Below are positions 23,628 to 26,856 of a DNA stretch of 26,856 nucleotides, piece by piece. Source of the stretch: a bacterium. Its GTDB lineage: Bacteria; Patescibacteriota; Saccharimonadia; CAILAD01; BJGX01. Under the pieces are notes generated by a model, which did not search any database, was not told the DNA's origin, and saw only the letters and a list, made by a program, of their open reading frames with translations. The position numbers and the translations under genes were made by a program. The stretch spans positions 1 to 26,856 of the forward strand of contig JAHFOQ010000001.1 of NCBI GenBank assembly GCA_023261595.1, read 5' to 3'. Numbering within the stretch: position 1 is the first letter of the stretch; each line of letters starts with the position of its first letter.

Positions 23628-25422
23628 GCATTAACTCCTCTAGAGTAGTTCTACCGGCTTTAACTTTATCTAAACCATCTTCAAAAAGACTTTTTACTCC
23701 TTCAGAACGGGCTAATTGCCATATTTCTTCACCAGAAGGATTCTGCATTATTAGTTTTTTCATATTTGGGGTAACAGTAATAATTTCGTAAATAGCAGAA
23801 CGACCCTTAAAGCCAGTATAGTTACAAGCTTCACAACCCTTACCATAGTAGAGCGTTACTTTAGGTTCTTTAAAGTAATTTCCTGCAGTGGGTAGATGAG
23901 CCTTAAGATCTTCGAGCGAGACAGTGTACTTCATTCTACATTGCGGGTGAATAAGTCGAACCAAACGCTGGGCAATAATAGCATTCAAAGTAGAAGCTAA
24001 AAGGAATGGCTCTACACCCATATCCATAAAACGTGGAATTGCAGTAGAAGCATCGTTGGCGTGAAAAGTTGAAAAAAGTAGATGTCCAGTTAGGGCAGCA
24101 TTTACCGCAAGCTTTGCTGTAGCTTTATCGCGAATTTCACCAACTAGAATAATATCTGGATCTTGTCGAACGATGGTTCGGAGACCTTCAGTAAAAGTTA
24201 GGTTTGTACTGGCATTTACTTGAATCTGATTTACACCGTAAATTTTGTATTCCACTGGATCTTCGATGGTAGTTAAATTAATATCTGGATTGTTGAGTAA
24301 TTTGAGTAGCGCGTACAGTGTGGTAGTTTTCCCTGATCCGGTTGGCCCCGTAGTAACGATCATTCCAAAAGGTCGGTGAATTTGTGTATTAATAGTTTTA
24401 AGATTAACTACATTAAAGCCTAGATTCTTAAAGTTTAAATTACGTGAATACCCGGCTAGTAAACGTAAGGCAACCTTTTCACCATCGAGTGTTGGAACGA
24501 TAGAAATTCGAATATCAATTGGTTCTTCGTCTGCTACATACCGAATCGCACCATCTTGGCTCGAGCCGTGTTCATCGATACGCATATTTGACTGTACTTT
24601 AAGGCGGTTTAAAATCTTTTCATAATATTGTTTTGGAATCTGACCAGCTTCGTGCAAAACACCGTCAATACGGAAACGTATAACTACAACGTTTTCTTGT
24701 GGTTCGAAGTGAATATCACTCACATCGAGAATAATAGCGTCTTTTATGATCTCATCGATAATTTCAGGAGCAATATGAGCTTGTTCTTGAATAATTTTAT
24801 TAAACCGAGTCTCTAACGGTTTACGATAGTAGACCAAGACTGAATCAAGGTCTTCTGGCAAAGAGTAGGCCAAGCTAACATGCTTACTTCCGAAGATCGG
24901 CTGAATCTTTGCAAGTAAACCAGAGCTCGACGGGTTGTCGGTTGCTAATAATACATTTTGATCATCAGCATCAACTACAACAATTCGATATCCAATACTG
25001 ATTTCTTCTGGCAACGTTCGAATAAGTTCTTTACTTGGTTGATTCACTTCAAGATCGATATAATTACAACCAAAATGTTCTGCAATCGTCTGGCCAATAT
25101 TTTCTTTACTAACAATGTTTTGACTGATTAAATAATCGATCAGATTAATATTGTATGTAGTTATTGCATGTTCAATGTCTTTTATGGATTCGGGCTTAAT
25201 AAAGCCCTTTTTTACCAAGCTATCTTTTAAAAGAACTTCGAGGTCTTGTTTATTGTATGCACCAAGATTAACACTATCGGTAGTGTTTGGTTGACTGTGT
25301 GGATCTTCTTTCGGAGAGCCATTGGCACCAGCTACTTGGTTTTGTGCCTGTACGACTTTCGCTTGTTGAGTGGGGGAAGTTTGGTCCATAGAGATAAAAA
25401 ATGTAATTATTTGTAAGCACAA
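23608..25422 (-). CDS. pilB: type IV pilus assembly ATPase PilB (GspE family)
   Basis: Walker A 'TGPTGSGKTT', the Asp/His boxes, a C-terminal tetracysteine motif (CRMKY...CEAC) and a long GSPII_E N-terminal region. Confidence 0.9.
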   Translation of the reverse strand: MCLQIITFFISMDQTSPTQQAKVVQAQNQVAGANGSPKEDPHSQPNTTDSVNLGAYNKQDLEVLLKDSLVKKGFIKPESIKDIEHAITTYNINLIDYLISQNIVSKENIGQTIAEHFGCNYIDLEVNQPSKELIRTLPEEISIGYRIVVVDADDQNVLLATDNPSSSGLLAKIQPIFGSKHVSLAYSLPEDLDSVLVYYRKPLETRFNKIIQEQAHIAPEIIDEIIKDAIILDVSDIHFEPQENVVVIRFRIDGVLHEAGQIPKQYYEKILNRLKVQSNMRIDEHGSSQDGAIRYVADEEPIDIRISIVPTLDGEKVALRLLAGYSRNLNFKNLGFNVVNLKTINTQIHRPFGMIVTTGPTGSGKTTTLYALLKLLNNPDINLTTIEDPVEYKIYGVNQIQVNASTNLTFTEGLRTIVRQDPDIILVGEIRDKATAKLAVNAALTGHLLFSTFHANDASTAIPRFMDMGVEPFLLASTLNAIIAQRLVRLIHPQCRMKYTVSLEDLKAHLPTAGNYFKEPKVTLYYGKGCEACNYTGFKGRSAIYEIITVTPNMKKLIMQNPSGEEIWQLARSEGVKSLFEDGLDKVKAGRTTLEELMRVAESK

Positions 25423-25446
25423 TTACACTTATGTTTATTATACATT

Positions 25447-25475
25447 AAAACACCCTTCTACAAGGGTGTTTTAAT
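25447..25475 (-). terminator. terminator hairpin separating the helicase gene from the pilus operon
   Basis: AAAACACCCTT-ctaca-AGGGTGTTTT. Confidence 0.6.
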
Positions 25476-25494
25476 GATTTATAACGCTTGGGTA

Positions 25495-26694
25495 TTATCT
25501 CTGTACGAAAGTAAGGGCTTTACCAGTTTTACCAGCACGGCCAGTTCGTCCAATACGATGAATGTAGTCTTGATAATTTTCTGGTTCGTCGTAATTAATT
25601 ACGTGAGAAACATCTTTAATGTCTATTCCACGTGCAGCAACATCAGTAGCAACTAAGATGTTAATATTATCAGTCTTAAATTTGCGTAACACTTGTTCAC
25701 GACGTGATTGAGATTTATCACCATGAATAGCATCTACCTTGTAGCCTTTTTGGTTGAGGGCTCGTGAGATTTTATCAGCACCATGTTTTGTACGAGAAAA
25801 AACCAATACTTTTGAAAAGTCTTCTTGGCTGAGTAATTCGTGGAGTTTATCGGCTTTGTTCTCGCTTGCACCAAGCTGAATCATGTCTTGATCTACATTC
25901 TTAGCAGAGTTATTACTATCTACATGTACCATAACAGGATCATTTAAAAATGCTGCCATAATATTTCTGACTTCATTTTGTAGTGTAGCCGAGAAAAATA
26001 GTGATTGTCTTTTTTGTGGTAAATGAGAAATGATAAATCGAATATCATGCACAAAACCCATATCGAGCATTCTATCTACTTCATCGAGTACAATTACTGA
26101 GAAAGTATCAAGATTGATAGCACGTCTTTCATGCAAATCCTTTAATCGACCAGGAGTAGCAATTACAAAGTGTGGCTTACGTCGTAAACCTTCGATTTGT
26201 CTGCTTATATTTGCTCCACCAATACAAATAGTTGAAAATATTTTTAAGTCTTTTGCAAATAATCGTAATTCGTCGTTTATTTGATTTGCAAGCTCACGGG
26301 TAGGTACGATAATCAAGTTGTGCTGATTTGGGTCACGTAAGGTCTGGTCAATTAGTGGGATTAAGAAGGCCCCGGTTTTTCCAGTACCAGTCTGTGCGGT
26401 TCCCACTAAGTCACGACCTTCTAGAATAGGTTCGATTGATTGATCTTGAATTGCTGAAGGTGTTTCAAAACGTCGATCGCGAATATTTTTCTTAATTCGT
26501 TCGTCGATTTTAAATTCGCTAAAACTATGTTGTGGAACATATACTTCTTGTTCTAAAACTGGTTCGGCTTTTTTTACATATTTATTTACATCAATAGTAA
26601 ATTTCTGTTTATTACCACGGCTTTTATTTGAATTAAATTGTTTGGCACCACGTCCGTATTGACGTTGTTTGGCACCACGAGATGAATATTTCAT
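25495..26694 (-). CDS. DEAD-box ATP-dependent RNA helicase (DEVD variant)
   Basis: Q-motif, 'AQTGTGKT', 'DEVD', 'SAT' and 'HRIGRTGRAG'. Basic N-terminal extension with a repeated 'RGAKQ'. Confidence 0.85.
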   Translation of the reverse strand: MKYSSRGAKQRQYGRGAKQFNSNKSRGNKQKFTIDVNKYVKKAEPVLEQEVYVPQHSFSEFKIDERIKKNIRDRRFETPSAIQDQSIEPILEGRDLVGTAQTGTGKTGAFLIPLIDQTLRDPNQHNLIIVPTRELANQINDELRLFAKDLKIFSTICIGGANISRQIEGLRRKPHFVIATPGRLKDLHERRAINLDTFSVIVLDEVDRMLDMGFVHDIRFIISHLPQKRQSLFFSATLQNEVRNIMAAFLNDPVMVHVDSNNSAKNVDQDMIQLGASENKADKLHELLSQEDFSKVLVFSRTKHGADKISRALNQKGYKVDAIHGDKSQSRREQVLRKFKTDNINILVATDVAARGIDIKDVSHVINYDEPENYQDYIHRIGRTGRAGKTGKALTFVQR

Positions 26695-26856
26695 TATTTC
26701 CTTTATACCAAAAATGGTATGTATTAGTTATTGTTCTCTTTGTCAGAACAGAGACAAGAGATCTAAATAACTTTTGGAAATTATGTGAGCTCATACTCAA
26801 ATCTTTGTATATATAATTTGAGTGTTCTATTCAAACAGTTCAATAAGTATAGCACA

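Noticed and set aside
1-26856. CRISPR arrays, IS elements, integrases and toxin-antitoxin pairs
   Set aside because: I looked for spaced direct repeats, transposase or integrase-like ORFs and small paired ORFs and found none. The only att-like repeat is the 15-mer at tRNA-Arg, and no integrase accompanies it in this window.

Overview
AT-rich bacterial chromosomal fragment of about 26.9 kb, densely packed with short genes, frequent start/stop overlaps and several rho-independent terminators. The pilin N-termini and overall gene content resemble a Saccharibacteria/CPR-like organism. This is inference only, since no rRNA gene is present to place it. Standard genetic code: TGA is used as a stop. 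Left to right, the window contains: (1) a partial or small hypothetical ORF; (2) tRNA-Arg, followed about 150 nt later by a second copy of its last 15 nt, then a terminator; (3) a YqeG-like HAD phosphatase; (4) an 866-aa major vault protein (MVP) homologue, which is very unusual in bacteria; (5) a roughly 430-nt GC-rich structured RNA candidate with its own terminator, containing a segment resembling the 16S rRNA 5' domain, followed immediately by tRNA-Ser(CGA); (6) a three-gene lipid-modification operon, with start/stop codons overlapping at the first junction and 1 nt apart at the second: a His-box fatty-acid hydroxylase/desaturase-like membrane protein, a DHCR24/BfaA-like FAD oxidoreductase and a cyclopropane-fatty-acid synthase (Cfa) orthologue; (7) oligoendopeptidase F plus a small HAD hydrolase; (8) a redox/repair neighbourhood containing two FMN-reductase/flavodoxin-like proteins, MsrB, MsrA, a DinB_2-like protein, an SLT lytic transglycosylase, a Tim44-like membrane protein, and a DsbA-like oxidoreductase start/stop-overlapped with a CxxC membrane protein; (9) a minus-strand type IV pilus operon: pilB, pilC, four prepilin-like minor pilins including a 587-aa pilin-fused probable adhesin, and major pilin pilA; (10) a DEAD-box (DEVD) RNA helicase. 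No CRISPR array, transposase or integrase was seen.
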